Positions 13,185 to 28,216 of a stretch of DNA of 64,000 nucleotides are shown one piece after another. Each line of letters starts with the position of its first letter. The first letter of the stretch is position 1. This DNA comes from Gracilinanus agilis (taxonomy: Eukaryota), in assembly GCF_016433145.1 (NCBI RefSeq), contig NC_058132.1, positions 27,802,654 through 27,866,653 of the forward strand, given 5' to 3'. The notes below the pieces were generated by a model. The model saw only the letters and a program-made list of their open reading frames with translations, was not told the origin of the DNA and did no database searches. Both the position numbers and the translations under genes were made by a program.

Positions 13185-15769
13185 AGAAATGCTTTTGGAC
13201 CACCTGGATGGACTTCTGCCCCCAAACCAGCTTTTGGTCTAGCTGGGCTGGTTTGGAGATCCTTCCTGGCCTTTGGATCATTCCTCCCCTCCCTCCTACC
13301 TTCCCCAGCCCAGCAGAGGTGGGGCTGAGACCCCCAACTTCTCATCCCCATAGACTCTGTCTTGGCCCAGAAGCCCCAAGTCCTCACTGTGTCCATCACC
13401 CAAGGGGGGGAGGCTGAGGAGGGAGTTCAGGGTCATGTGTCTTAGGTGTTAGTGGGGGGAAGGGAGGAAGGACAGAAGAGTCCCACCTTCCCCCGGCTTT
13501 CCCCCTGCATGCTTCTCAGGGCCTTTGAGGTCTGGGTTGGGGGAATGTCTTGGTATCCTGGAGGCCTGCTGGTGGGTGAGTCAGGCTGGGAAAAGCCTGG
13601 AGTCTTAATGACCTGGCGTGGGTGGAGCCCATCCCTTTCATCTTGGGATCTCTAAGCACCTGGTAGAGTCAAAGCCATTAATCCTCTGGGGAGCCAGCCT
13701 TATAGACATTAGAGGTATGATCTGGGGAAGCCACAGGCTCTCTTGAACCTCTCTTCCCTTTAGGGGGTGCCAGGTGGCCATGTGGCATCCCTCCTAAGAG
13801 GGCTCTCTGTGCCTCAGGCCAGGCCCTGGCTCACCTTCCCCACAAGCCAGTTGTCCTGTAGCCTGTATCTCACTGGTCAGTTTGTTTGAAACAGAGCCAT
13901 CTCATTGGCCATCAGCTGGACCTCCCTTCCTGCCGGCCCTCTGGCTCTGCACCTTGCTGGCAGGATCCTCCCTCTGCCGCCCCCCCCCCCCTCCCATTGG
14001 CATCCGTCCCAGAGCCTAGCCAGGGCAATACAGAAGCTGAAGAGGGGAGGGCCTTGGGCTCCACAGGGTTGAACCTCCCCTGGCTTCATGGCCCAGGCTC
14101 AGCTCAGCCCTGCTGCCTCTCTAGCCTGTGGTCCATGGAAGCAGACATTACCGTTGGGCTCCCCCTCCCCATCTTCCCCTTTTCTAAGTAAGGGGGAGGT
14201 GGCCTACGGTCACCTTCCCATCCTGCCCCAGCCAGGACCTTCCCCGCCCTTCTGGGCAGCTACAAACAGCAGGGAATCTGAGTCAGGCCCTCGCTTGCTC
14301 GCCCCTCCCCAGCCCCCGCCTCCCTGTGGCAGCTGAGGTTGAACCCCTGCCAAGGGGCCGCCCCTGAGGAGGGAAACCGGGGGAGTGAGCGGGAGCTGGG
14401 CTGCTCAGAGCAGGGTCAGCCAGCCAGAGCAGGGCTCAGATGCTGACATGCCAGGAGAGGGGAGCTGACTCCCTCTAGCCCGTGAGCCTAGCCTTCCTGG
14501 GAGTGCTCCCCTCTGAACCCCCCACTCAGGTCCAGCCCTGTCTGGACTGGAAATCAGAAAGCTGGAGGAAGAGGGCTGTGGAGGTGAGCCCTGAGAGAGA
14601 GGGGTGGGGTCTGAGGGTAGAGCTGGGGACTGCTCTTTTGGGAACAGGCCCCGGAACTCCCTCAGAGAGGGAGGGGGCAAGGAAGGGGAAGAAGGACTGG
14701 CTCTGAGCTGGCCTTGCCTTTCAGTACCATGATGTGTGCCCAGGTGCCCAGCAGGGCTTCTAGGGGGTAGGGGACGGGGACTATCTTCCTTTCTTCTTGT
14801 TCCTTGGGGAGAGTGGGGTGGGGGGGAGTAGTAGAGAGGAGAAGGGCCCATTGATGGGAGAGGAGGGGCACCTTCTTTCACTAGAATGAATGAAGTTTAT
14901 CTGATCTCTCCTCTAGACCCTTGGCCTCCTACTGAGGCTTTGAAAAAGTCTCCTTTGTGCTGGGGCCCCCACTGGGGAATGATCACTTAGCACCCTCTGC
15001 ATCCACCCCAATGCTCCTGGATGGAGTTCCAGTCCTCTGCTTCCTGCCACCCGACAGCCTTCTCCAGCCTTCTTTTCCCATCCTCTCTGGCACTCTCTGT
15101 CTCAATGTGTTTGCCTTGGATCTCTTAGCAAGGCCCTAGATGGAGGCTGTTTGTTACCAGGCAGGAAAAGTAGGGCTAGCCCCAGGCTGGCTGATGGGAG
15201 GCCTCAGGGCTTGTTGTCCCCTTTCACATGGCTCCGGAGGGCTCCCTTTCTGAGGGGGGGGGGGGGGAAGCAAGAGAGTGCTTGCTTGCCAGTGCCAAAG
15301 CTGTCAGTCATAGGAACAAGGTTCAGGAGTTGTGGGCCTATCCTGAGAGAGAGGTCTCCTACAATCTGAGGGGCATCTAGGGCTCCAGGGACTTTGGAGT
15401 CATTTGCAACTGGGACTGGCTCCTGCTTTACTTCCCATCAGGACACAGGAGAGAAACCTTTTGTTAGTGAACCTTTTGGTGGAGAGAGGAAAGGGTGGGC
15501 CAGCAGTCTTTTTCTCCTATCTCTCCCCTCTTTCTGATGAGGAGGAGGAAGAAAGGAAAGGGTTGTTAACCTCCATTAACTGGGCCCCAAGGCCTGTATT
15601 AGAGCAAAGAAAACCTCAGGTAGGTCTGGATCTGGGCTCAGTCCAACCACAATTGCTGTCTCTTCTCAAGGGATCTGCTTCCTTTGGGACTAACATGCCT
15701 TTTTTTCTGCCCCCTCTGAATCCCTTAAAGGAGGAGGTTCGGTCTAAGCTACAAGAGGTGTTGAGGGCT

Positions 15770-17345
15770 TGCTCTCACTTTTGGAAGGATGGCATGAGGA
15801 TTGAGTGAAGGATCTGGGGATGTTTAACTTGGAGAAGAGAAGATCCAGGAAGGCCATTTTTACCATGTTCAAGTATTTGGAGCATGTGCCCTATAGGGCA
15901 GATGGGAGCAAGGAAAGTCACCAAGAAGCAAACTTCAGCTCTGTCTTTGAGAAAAACCCTTTACACCAACGAGAGCACTCCAGGAATGGCATGGGCTGCT
16001 TGAGGAAATGCTAGCGGGGCTTTGAACTAAGACTGGTTATAAAGGGGGCTCCTGCCCTGGGAGAGCTTTTCCAGCTCCACAATTCTCTGAGAAAGGGGAC
16101 CTGGGACTTAAGTTCACAGAATGGAGACTCTTAACAACACTAGAGCTTGTAGCATTTTTTATCCCGGGGAAAAGGAAAGAGGGGAAGACGGGTAAAACTA
16201 AGCATATCCCCCAGTACAATAGTCTGTGCCACATTCCACGCTCTCCTCCCCACCTCTTTGAAAAAGAAGAGGGAGCATGCATTCTCCAATCTCTTCTTTG
16301 GGTCATTACTTTTATGTGGGCTCATTAGAACAAGTATTTGTTCACAAACTTGTCCCTTTATCTTGGGCAGCATGAAGAGAGACCAAGCTTCCAGGAGGCA
16401 GTCTTCCTCCTATACTCTGCCTTGGTCCAACCTCATCTGACTATTGTGTGTGTTCTGTTCTGGGCACCACAGTTTAATAAAGACATTGATCTCCTGGAGA
16501 GAGTCCAGAAGAGGTCATGAGGATGGTGTGGGGCCTTGAGTCAAAGGGATTGGGGATATTTAGCCTAGAAAAGAAAAGCTATGAGAGAACAGTAGAGGAA
16601 GGCTTTTTTCAAGTTTTGGAAGAACTGAATTTTTTTTTAAACATTTATTAATATTCATTTTTAACATGGTTACATGATTCATGCTCCTACTTTCCCCTTC
16701 ACCCCCCACACTCCCCTCACCCATGGCCAATGCACATTTCCACTGGTTTTAACATGTGTCATTGATCAAGATCTATTTCCAAATTGTTGATAGTTGCATT
16801 GGTGTGGTAGTTTCGAGTCTACATCCCCAATCATGTCCACCTCAACCCATGCGTTCAAGCAGTTGTTTTTCTTCTGTGTTTCCTCTCCTACAGTCCTTCC
16901 TCTGAATGTGGGTAGCATTCTTTACCATAAATCCCTCAGAGTTGTCCTGGGTCATTGCATTGCTGCTGGTACAGAAGTCCATTGCATTCTATTTTACCAC
17001 AGCATATCAGTCTCTGTGTACAGTGTTCTTCTGGCTCTGCTCCTTTCATTATGCATCAATTCCTGGAGGTCTTTCCAGTTTACCTGGAATTCCTCCAGTT
17101 TATTATTCCTTTGAGCACAATAGTATTCCATCACCAGCAGATACCACAATTTGTTCAGCCATTCCCCAGTTGAAGGACATACCCTCCTTTTCCAAAGAAC
17201 TGAATTTTTGTGGACGAGGAGCTAGATTGGTTTGGTCTTGTCCCAGAAGGCAGAATCAGGAGCCAAGCTACAAGAAGGCAAAATGAACCTTGATGTTAGG
17301 GAAAACTTGCTAAGAATGAGAGCTGCCCAGGAAGTGAAGCTGGGT
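15770..17345 (+). mobile_element. CR1/L3 LINE 3' fragments (interrupted by an L1)
   Basis: LLYSALVQPHL...FWAPQFNKDIDLLERVQKR and KDLGMFNLEKRR match CR1/L3 ORF2 C-terminal motifs. Confidence 0.75.
16635..17194 (-). mobile_element. Young 5'-truncated L1 (L1_Mdo-like)
   Basis: Same 3' end as 54748-55734; poly-A tail; 15-bp TSD aagaactgaattttt at 16620-34 and 17195-209. Confidence 0.92.
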
Positions 17346-18019
17346 GGCTACTCGCCCCATAAATTAGAGTGGGAATTCCTTTGGATTTTCGGTTGAACTA
17401 TCTGCTCACTAAGGTCCCTTCTAACTCCTAGATTATTTGATTCTGTCATCATATCCCTATTTGTCCTCATGCCAGAATTGAGACACTTTATGATGGGCTC
17501 AAATATGAACCAGATTTGGCCCACTACTAGTTTTTGAATGGGCGATAAGCTAAGAATGGCTTTTACATTTTAGAATTAGGTTTCACAAGCCATTCTTCAC
17601 TTACAGGCTTCCTCTAAACAAGCATCAGGCTGGATTTGGCCTTCAGGCCAGAGTTTGTCTGGCTCCGATGTCCCCAGTCTAGACCATCCCTGTGCCTCCA
17701 AGGGCTTCCTCTCCAAAGTTTAGCATCCTATGCCTTCCAGAGGTGCTTTGAGCCCAGTGGAGGGGAAGAATGGAGGAGCTTTTTCTTGTAGGAGCAGGGC
17801 TCAGTTTTCCTTATGACCATGACCTGCCCTCCAAGTCCCTGTTCTTGCTACTGACCATTTCCTCACCTAGTGAAGAGTTCCCTCATTCCTTTGGAGAGGC
17901 TACACTTGGTTTGGGATCAGAAAAGCTGAATTAGAATTCTAGTCACTAAATGGCCCTAGACAAGACCTTTAACCTTCTTGAGCCTATCTAACCTCACAGG
18001 GGTGTTGTGAATCCTAGAG

Positions 18020-18191
18020 CAGTGATGAGCAAATTTTTTAAAAAGGGGCCAAAGGCAAGGAAGTGCTCCTCTGTCAGTCTGTTTCTAAGGCAACCCTTTG
18101 GAAGTTTCATTGTATTGTATCCTACTCGTTGTATTTGTCAGGCTAGAAATAATGTCGAATGGCCTGCAGGCCGTAGTTTTGCCCATCACTG
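18020..18191. mobile_element. hAT/Charlie-type MITE
   Basis: TIRs CAGTGATGAGCAAA / TTTGCCCATCACTG; 8-bp TSD tcctagag / ccctagag. Confidence 0.85.
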
Positions 18192-18987
18192 CCCTAGAGA
18201 CATGAGACACCATTATTAACTTGCTCTCATGTTTCTGGTGGGATTCAGATGGAAGTAGTCCTAAGACAAGTCAGTATCCTGCTCTTGGACCATTGACTAT
18301 TGAACAGATGTATAAAGTAATTCCTTCTTGTCATTGACTAAACATAGGAGGCTAGGACCCAAGGGCACATGGTACTGGTGGTGGTGACATGTATCTCCTG
18401 TTCCCATGATCCTCGGTTAAGTCTCTGTATTTTGAAGATTTTTGTTCCATATAACTTGGGGAGTCTGAATGTTTGACCAGGTGATATTCATTAAAAACAT
18501 TGTTCTGAGTTTTTCCATGAATTGTTGTGGCTGAGTGGTAGTGGGCAGTGGGTCAGTCTGTCCCTGGACAGTCTCTTGTCTGAATTCTGTAGAATACTCT
18601 ATAGAACATAGAGAACTGAGATGGCTGTCACTGTGCAGGAAACTGCAACCAATGTAGCTTTCCAAAAGACACTGCCAGAAGCTGGAAGCAAGGGCAGCTA
18701 ATGAAATGAGAGCAAGAACCCAGGCCAGCTGAGGGTCCAGGGCCCGTAATGGGGAGTGCAGCCTGAGAAAATTGAGGGCAGTCGAAAGAGCCAGAGCTCC
18801 CTTAGCTGTCTCAGGGAAAGGGGAAAGTGAAAGAATGCATGGGACTGACCCCTCTGGTGAACGGGATGGAGAGAGAACAGGTGATAGCAGGATGAAAGGG
18901 CTCTCACTTTGCTTCTTTCAGGGGCCATGGCCTTTGGACTGGAAAGATGAAAATACAAATGGCTAATAGGAGTTAGACCACCTAGAA

Positions 18988-19180
18988 CAGTGATTCCCAA
19001 AGTGGGCGCTACTGCCTCCTGGTGGGTGCTGCAGCGATCCAGGGGGGCGGTGATGGCCACAGGTGCGTTTATCTTTCCTATTAATTGCTATTAAAATTTT
19101 AAAAAATTAATTTCCAGGGGGCTATGTAATATTTTTTTCTGGAAAGGGGGCGGCAGGCCAAAAACGTTTGGGAACCACTG
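18988..19180. mobile_element. hAT-type MITE (second family, copy 1)
   Basis: TIRs CAGTGATTCCCAAA / TTTGGGAACCACTG; degenerate NNCTAGAN target site. Confidence 0.85.
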
Positions 19181-19390
19181 CTCTAGAGGGACAATAAGAG
19201 AACACTGTTGCGGATGAGTCTGAGCCACCATCCATCTGAACTTCTTCCCCAGCTCCTGAAAGACCTGATAGACATAGGCTACTACTGCACTGTCAGTGAC
19301 CTTTGAAGAGTTGAAGGGAAGCAAACAGGAGTGCTATGGTGCTGCACCAGGACAAATGTCAAAAATTTTTCTTTTTTTGTTTGTTTAAAC

Positions 19391-19581
19391 CAGTGATTCC
19401 CAAAGTGGGCGCCACCACCCCCTGGTGGGTGCTGCAGCAATTTAACGGGGCAGGGATGGCCACAGGTGCATTTATCTTTCTTATTAATTGCTATTAAAAT
19501 TTTTTAAAAATTAATTTCCAGGGGGCTAAGTCATTTTTTCTGGAAAGGGGGCGGTAGGCCAAAAAAGTTTGGGAACCACTG
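19391..19581. mobile_element. hAT-type MITE (second family, copy 2)
   Basis: Same TIRs and body as 18988-19180; perfect 8-bp TSD gtttaaac. Confidence 0.9.
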
Positions 19582-19584
19582 GTT

Positions 19585-19771
19585 TAAACCATTTCCTTCT
19601 ATCTTAGAATCAAAACTGTGGATTGGTTCTAAGGCAGAAAAGTAGCCAGGGTTAGGCAATAGGGATTTGCCCAGGGTCACACAACTAGAAAATGTCTAAG
19701 GCCAGATTGGAATCCAGAACTACTCTTCTCCAGACCTGGCTTTCTCTCCACCGAACCACCTAGCTGTCCCA
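19585..19771 (-). mobile_element. SINE1_Mdo/MAR-like SINE
   Basis: Reverse complement of tail, core and head. Confidence 0.8.
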
Positions 19772-20129
19772 AATGTTTCCACTTTTCCAAAATGAGAAGA
19801 AAACAGAATCTGTAGGCCAGTGACATTAACTTCCATTCCTGACAGAATTCTAAAATGTGTTATGAACCTAACCCTAAAAAGGCCATGTCCTAGTTCCCCT
19901 ACAGATGGCCAGATAGCTAGAGCCGGAGAGCTGCAGGTGCCCTTTAGCTCAGTGTGAGTCAAGCAGCTGCCACTCTCTTGTTGTTCTTGTGGCCTTGACA
20001 GGAATACCAACCATGTGACATGGTTGGACTCTTAAGAATAGTCATTCATGGTTTCCTGTCAGCTTGGAGGTCTCTGACGATCTGGACTGACCCTTTTGTC
20101 ACTAACTTAGGTAATAGCCAAGGAGTGTG

Positions 20130-20570
20130 CCTCTGAAGTGTACCCGTTACAGAAGACCTGAAACCTCAGATAACAGATTTCTGATCAAAAAAGATCAAGA
20201 GTTCTTTGGGCCAAATCCATCAAAATAGATTGATTGAAAAGAGACAAATGTAGATGCTTATACCTGAGCTTAAAAAATCAACTTCCTTGTACAAAATGGA
20301 AGGAGTTAGACAAGTTGATTTGAATATGCTTAGGGGAGGGGGTTTTAGTGAATTGGAGCTGACTAGGAACTAGCAGCTAAGAAAGCTGAGGGGACCTCAA
20401 GCAGAGGTCCAGGTGGTACCCAGGACCTATGTGGGGCTGTTGATCCTTTTATTCTCTGCCCTGGGCCAGCCCCCTGAGGAAACTTGTGGTCACTTCTGGG
20501 TGCCCCATTTCAGTGAGGACAGTGAGATAGTCTGGAGAAGATGGAAAGGGAGCTGTTCAGGGAAGTCCCT
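20130..20570 (+). mobile_element. Decayed CR1/L3 fragment
   Basis: LLFSALGQP...HFWVPHF resembles the CR1 [21 protein letters not shown] motif. Confidence 0.5.
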
Positions 20571-23083
20571 CAAATTCAGGCCACAGAAAGGTCATTGGCA
20601 GGAACAAGGACCGTTAGCCTGAAGAGAAGAATTAAGGGGCACGTGAGAGCTCTCCAGGTGTTTGAAGGCAATGGGACTTACTGAGCTTATATATGAGTGG
20701 CAAAGGGGTGTGGGGTTCAAATTCTACCCGAAGACAGACCAGCTGTTGGGTAGTCTTCTCCTTGGGATGGAGCGGCTTGTTCTTCACTGGTGGTCCTCAG
20801 TCAGGCAGCATTCATCTCAGGTCATGTAGAGAGATTTCCTTTTCAGATGTGAACTCAATGGCCTTCTGGCAGGGAGACCTAGACAGAATGTTCTGGAAAA
20901 ACATTTGGAGGCCTGCTCTGGCCTGGGCACACTCCAATTTGCCTCTCCCTGCAAGTTTTTGCTAAGTACCTACTGGATGGGAAAGGCCTCACTTGGGCCA
21001 GGCATCCTGGAGAAGCCCGAGCAGAAGCAGCCTTGGGCCATCAGAGCTGGAAAGAAGTTGGGGGCTGGCGAAAGGGCCATTGTGGCCCTGAGCGAGGTGG
21101 AGAGAGACTCCAGCCGAGCCCCCAAAGGACTAGGAGGGTTTGAAAAGAAGGTTGGGGATCCAGTCATTCCCCTGCCCAGGACAGAGAGAGCCTTGAACCC
21201 TTGGCAGAGGCCAGTTTGGCTATGAGGAAGTCTCCTCTTGCCTTCCTGTTTGGGGCCTCCTGTTTCCGAGGAGCTCTGCCCTTCCCTAGGGGACCCTTGC
21301 CCCCTTTCCTGCTGACTGCCCTGAACCACCAGCCCTTGGGGGAGGAATCCAGAGCCAGCCCCCTCCTGGGCCTTCTGCTGCCCTTCCGCCCTGTGCTTTC
21401 AGGCTCCTCCTTTTCTATGGCTCTTCCTCCCTCCTGTTTGTATTAGGGGCCTGGCTTGCCCTGTTGATAAGGCCTGGCGTTGGGGACTAGGTGGGGGAGG
21501 GGGCCATAAAGCAGAGCACCAGCGTCCCAGGACTCCATCCCGCAGGGGGCCTTTTGGCCCGCGCCCGGGAGGCTTCTCACTCTGCCTCCGCCTTATGTGG
21601 GAACGAGCTGAGGGCTGCTGAAGGGGCCGCAGGAGTCTGGGGGAGGATGGGGGCACAGATCTGGGAACCACACAGGTCTAGGGTTAGGCTGGAGTCTGGC
21701 CGAAGGCTCTGGCCTGGGGCCCAGGGAAGGACAGACAGTGCCAGTGTGGTCAGGCAGGTGCTGAGGACAGTTGGGGGGGGGCATAGAGGGCAGCGGCCAG
21801 GGTTTGGGGCTACCAGAGGCTTCTGTAAATACACTCCACCCACCCAGTTCCTCTGTTTACGTCCATGTGTCCAGCTGCCAAATATCCGGAGGTGTGGCTC
21901 CCCGGGCTTCCTCCCCGGCCCCCCAGTGACAGGGGCATGGGCTCCTCTCCGATGGGGCCCACAAGAGGAAGGGCAGAAAGGAGTGGAGCCGCCTGGCGAG
22001 AGGGAGATAAGGCGGCAGGCCAGGCTTCCGCATGGCCTGTTGTTTCTTTGGGACTTTCACCAGCCACGTGACTCCCCCCCAGCCGAGGCCCCCCTTGAGC
22101 CGTTCTGGAAAGGCTCCCCCAGGTCTGCCTGTCCAGGACAAACTGGTTTTCTCTTTGCCTCATCCTGGTCCCTGGTGACATGGGCTCAGCGCCAGTATCG
22201 GTCATTGCAAAGTGCTTTGGGATCTTTTGGGGGGGGGGGTGCACAGGTGCCTCGTGCCTCCAGCCCAGGCCCAGTGCCACCAGCAGCCCACCACAAGGAG
22301 CCCAACACCGGCTCCCCAACCAGCCTGGCGGGACAGGTTGGCACTTGGGCCGGGTCACCCCACCCCCCAGCAGCTCCCCCAGCCAAACCGGTTCTCCAGG
22401 ATGGAGGTTGCTGCTGGAGGGCAGTGTTGGGCCTGGCTGGCAGGAGCCTGGGATCGGTGGGAGGGACTGAGAGAGGCCTGGGCCGAGGCTCTGCCCGGGG
22501 CTCGGCAACCACACACACATGTGCGAGCTGGTCGGGACACACGTAGCGTGCCAACACGCGGGGACCCCGTGTCCCAGGCAGGCCCATGGCTGCTTAGGTA
22601 GTGCAGATGCAGCCCTGCCTGCCTTTCAAAGGAGGCTGGAGAGGGGGAAGGCTCACACTGCTGCCTGGGACCCCTGGCTCAAGGCCCATCCTCCGGGCTC
22701 ACCCTTGGGGCCTCTGCTGGGTCCTTGTCTGGGGGTGGTCATCGGTTCCTGGACCCCTGCCTCTGGCCGTTCTCTTTCTTTAGAGTCTGGCCACAGCACG
22801 GGTCAGTGGGAGGCGCCCTGCCCCACGTAGAGCCTCCCTGTGCTGCAGAGCCTCCCTGTGTCTACATCTCAGGCTCCTCATCTCTAGGATGGAGCTGCCC
22901 CAGGCCTGCCTTCGTGCCAAGACCGTTGTGAGGCCCACTCAGATAAGAGACAGTCAGCGGCTTTGAAGCCCAAGGCTCGGCCTCACTGGCCTGAAGAGGA
23001 GGGGGCTCCTTCCTGGGACAGCCCCCTCATAGCACTCTCCCCACCTGTAGTAGCTGAGAGCAGGCGAGCGCAGCCCTCACACC

Positions 23084-23287
23084 ATGTTTGGAAAGAAGAA
23101 AAAGCGGCTGGAGATCTCGGCCCCCTCGAACTTCGAGCACCGAGTGCACACAGGCTTCGACCAGCAGGAGCAGAAGTTCACGGGGCTCCCCCAGCAGTGG
23201 CAGGGGCTCATCGAGGAGTCGGCCCGGCGGCCCAAGCCCCTCATCGACCCGGCCTGCATCACCACCATCCAGCATGGGGCACCTAAG
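23084..23287 (+). CDS. PAK4: PAK4 coding exon 1 (basic NLS-like patch, CRIB domain, RPKP pseudosubstrate)
   Basis: [27 protein letters not shown]...RRPKPLIDP...GAPK; Kozak ACCATG; acceptor AG at 23049-50; donor GTACGT at 23288; 204 nt, phase 0. Confidence 0.97.
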
Positions 23288-24770
23288 GTACGTGAGCCTG
23301 ACGGACGTAGGCGACCGGTGTGACCCCAAGAGTGTTCCCTGCACCTCACATCCCTCATCCATCCCTGCCGAGCCTAGCCCAACCCGTGGATGCTGAGCTC
23401 CCACAAATCTCAGGCGCCCCGTGTGGTGTGTCCCCCAGCCCTCCCGGGGCATTGGAGCTGGCGAGGCCTCGGGCCCCAAACCCCAACTCTTGGCTCATAC
23501 TGAAAGCCACATGCAGGGGAGAGGAGGGATGGGGCCATCTAGGGAGACTTGGGGTTGGGAAGTAGAAGATGCACCCAGGTTCAGATCCAGTTTCTGATGC
23601 TTTTTAGCTGTTTGCCTTTGGACAAGTTAGGGGTGCCCTCTAAGCTTCAGTTTACTTGGCTGTAAAATGGAATGTCCAGCCTTGCAATTGCCTATTCTGA
23701 ACTCTCAGTAATACTGGCCACAACTCCACCCCTGGAAGTCTGTTAGGAACAAAAGATCATCATCCCCATTTTAGAGATGAGCAAACTGAGGAGGGCTTTG
23801 TCCCTAGCCTGGACAGCCAGTAGTACTCGGGGCAGTCTTGGGGCCCACCCCTCCTCCCTCTGGCCTTCCAGCCCCTGATCTCTTAACTCCCTCCCATGCC
23901 TGAAAATCAGCCCCCGGGGCAGAAGAAGGAAGGGGAGAAAATGGCAGCTACTGGAGGGAGCTTGGCTCATCCCAGGAAGGCAGAGCTGGCCCCACCTGTG
24001 GGAGCCTTTCCCATGGGGCTCCTGGGCCCGACAGACCGGTTCTGTCACATTGTAGGAGTAACGCTTCTTCCCCCTCCTGGCCAATGTGGGGAGCCAAGTT
24101 CTTCCAGTTGAGTGTCAGTCCACATCCTGGAGGCCAGTGGTTGCTGGTGCTTGGGAAGGAGTGCAATTAGACTCCTTCATTCCCCGTGTAGACCTTCCAG
24201 TCATCCCTGGTGTAGACCCTCTGGAATCCCCTTCCACTCCCCTGGGGCCCCTCCTCACATGCTCCTTCCCCGCTGTCTCCATTCCTTCAGGCTTTGCTCC
24301 TTCCCCAGCTCTCCCTGGTGTTGGGAATGCTGCTGAAATTGGGGTCTGCACCAAAGGGAGCAGGAGTATCAGGTCCTGGTCCTCGCTGTAATGGGGCGAG
24401 TACCTGATGAGTCCCAGGGCCTCTCAAGGGTTTGGCCACAGCCCAGCAGTTCGAGAATCCCATAGCCTAGACCTGTGGAGCTGGGAGGGGCCTAGAGACC
24501 CCCGGGCCAGCCTCTGAGGAGCTCAGAGATGCCCTCCTTCTGGGGGGGAAGGCGCCACCCGCCCACCCACCAGCACGAAGGACCTGCTGGCTGTGCCTCG
24601 TGTCCCACTCCCCGTGTCTGTCATTGCCGTGTGCCATCTCATTCATTCTCTGTTTCTGTGTTGTCTCTGCACGTTTGTGTCGGTCCATCGTGTCTCCTCC
24701 CATGGGAGATGCTCGCTCCTCTCCTACCTCCTCCTCCACATCCTGCCCCTTCCTGCTGGCGAACCCCAAG

Positions 24771-25304
24771 ACCATCGTTCGGGGGAGCAAGGGCTCGAAG
24801 GATGGGGCCCTCACGCTGCTGTTGGACGAGTTTGAGAACATGTCTGTGACCCGATCCAACTCCCTTCGACGGGATAGCCCACCCCCACCCCTGCCTGGTC
24901 CTCCAGCCCCACACCATGGCCCACCTCATCAGGAGAACGGGCTGACTGAGGCCGAGGGGACGGGGGTCCGTGCTCGGGCCCAGGACAAGGGACACCCAGA
25001 CTCTGGGGGCAGAGGTCCGGCGGAGGGGCGGAATCGAGGAGCCGGGCGCAGGGATCACGGTGCTGGCGGCAGCGAGGCGAGGCGGGACGGGATGGAGAAG
25101 AGGCCCAAGTCATCAGGGGAGGGAGCTTCGGGCCAGCCAGGGAGCCCCCAGCCACCCCGGGACAAACGACCCCTCTCGGGGCCTGACGTCCGGACCCCAC
25201 GGCCCCCAGGTCCAGGAGGTGGGCTGAAGTCATCGGCCGGAAGGCCCTTTAACACATACCCGCGTGCTGACTCGGACCACCCCACAAGGGGCACGGGGCC
25301 CCAG
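24771..25304 (+). CDS. PAK4: PAK4 coding exon 2 (Pro/Gly-rich linker)
   Basis: ccccaag|TIVRGSKGSKDGALTLLLDEFENMSVTRSNSLRRDSPPP...GTGPQ|gtaacc; 534 nt, phase 0. Confidence 0.93.
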
Positions 25305-25415
25305 GTAACCAAGGCTAGCCCCTCTCCCACCTTGCTCCAGTCCACCCCCTCCTCCCACCCCCTCCACTCCCTACTACCCTCTCTGACTCCAGGAGACCAG
25401 GAGGCCTGTTTATAG

Positions 25416-26036
<621 letters not shown>

Positions 26037-26275
26037 TAGGAGGGAGAGCGGTTATTGGGGACAGAGGGAAGGGCCCCAGCTGGAGGGTTTTGGTCTCCAT
26101 AGAGGTGGAATTGGGGCCGCCTCTGTCCCCCACTTCGCCATGCTCCCTTCCGGCTCCCTTTTTCTTCAAGGCCTTCTGGATGCTGTCGCTCCTTCTAGAC
26201 TCTCAGCCGAGTCTTCCTGCCTGTCCTCTCCTCCGTCTCTTGTCACACAGCATCCCAGGCCTGAGTAGTCTCTGA

Positions 26276-27050
<775 letters not shown>

Positions 27051-27286
27051 TAAAGCAGAGCATACTGTGGCTTCCCCATCCTCCGTCTCTGAGGAAGGAG
27101 CTCCTTGGAGGCAGGGTGAGGTGCTAGAGGATTGGGTTTGAAGCCAAGAAAACCCGGGCTCAAATCTCCCGTAAGGCACCCAGTGACCCTAAACAAGTCA
27201 CTTCCCTTCTGAGCCTCATCTGTGACAAGGACACACACAGTCTTTGAGTACTTCCCCTAGAGCCACTTGCAGGGCACCGGGCCTAA

Positions 27287-27957
<671 letters not shown>

Positions 27958-28060
27958 TAGCTGGACACTGGGGAGAGGGGAGGCACTCATCAGGAGAGAC
28001 AGAAGGAAGGCCTTGGGGCCAGACTGGGCTCCTCAGTCCTTCCTCTCTTTCCCACTGCAG

Positions 28061-28216
28061 GTTTCCCCCTCCCTGAAAGGCTTCCTGGATCGACTGCTGG
28101 TGCGGGATCCGGCCCAGAGAGCCACAGCCAGTGAACTGTTGAAGCACCCTTTCCTGGGCAAGGCGGGCCCCCCAGCCAGCATCGTCCCCCTCATGCGCCA
28201 GAATCGCATGAGATGA
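28061..28216 (+). CDS. PAK4: PAK4 last coding exon
   Basis: ctgcag|[54 protein letters not shown]; total CDS 1848 nt = 615 aa. Confidence 0.97.
   Translation, partial: VSPSLKGFLDRLLVRDPAQRATASELLKHPFLGKAGPPASIVPLMRQNRMR

Noticed and set aside
21491-22546. 351-aa ORF (longest in the window) in PAK4 intron 1
   Set aside because: GTG start, low-complexity GC-driven composition, no homology recognised, many overlapping ORFs in all frames
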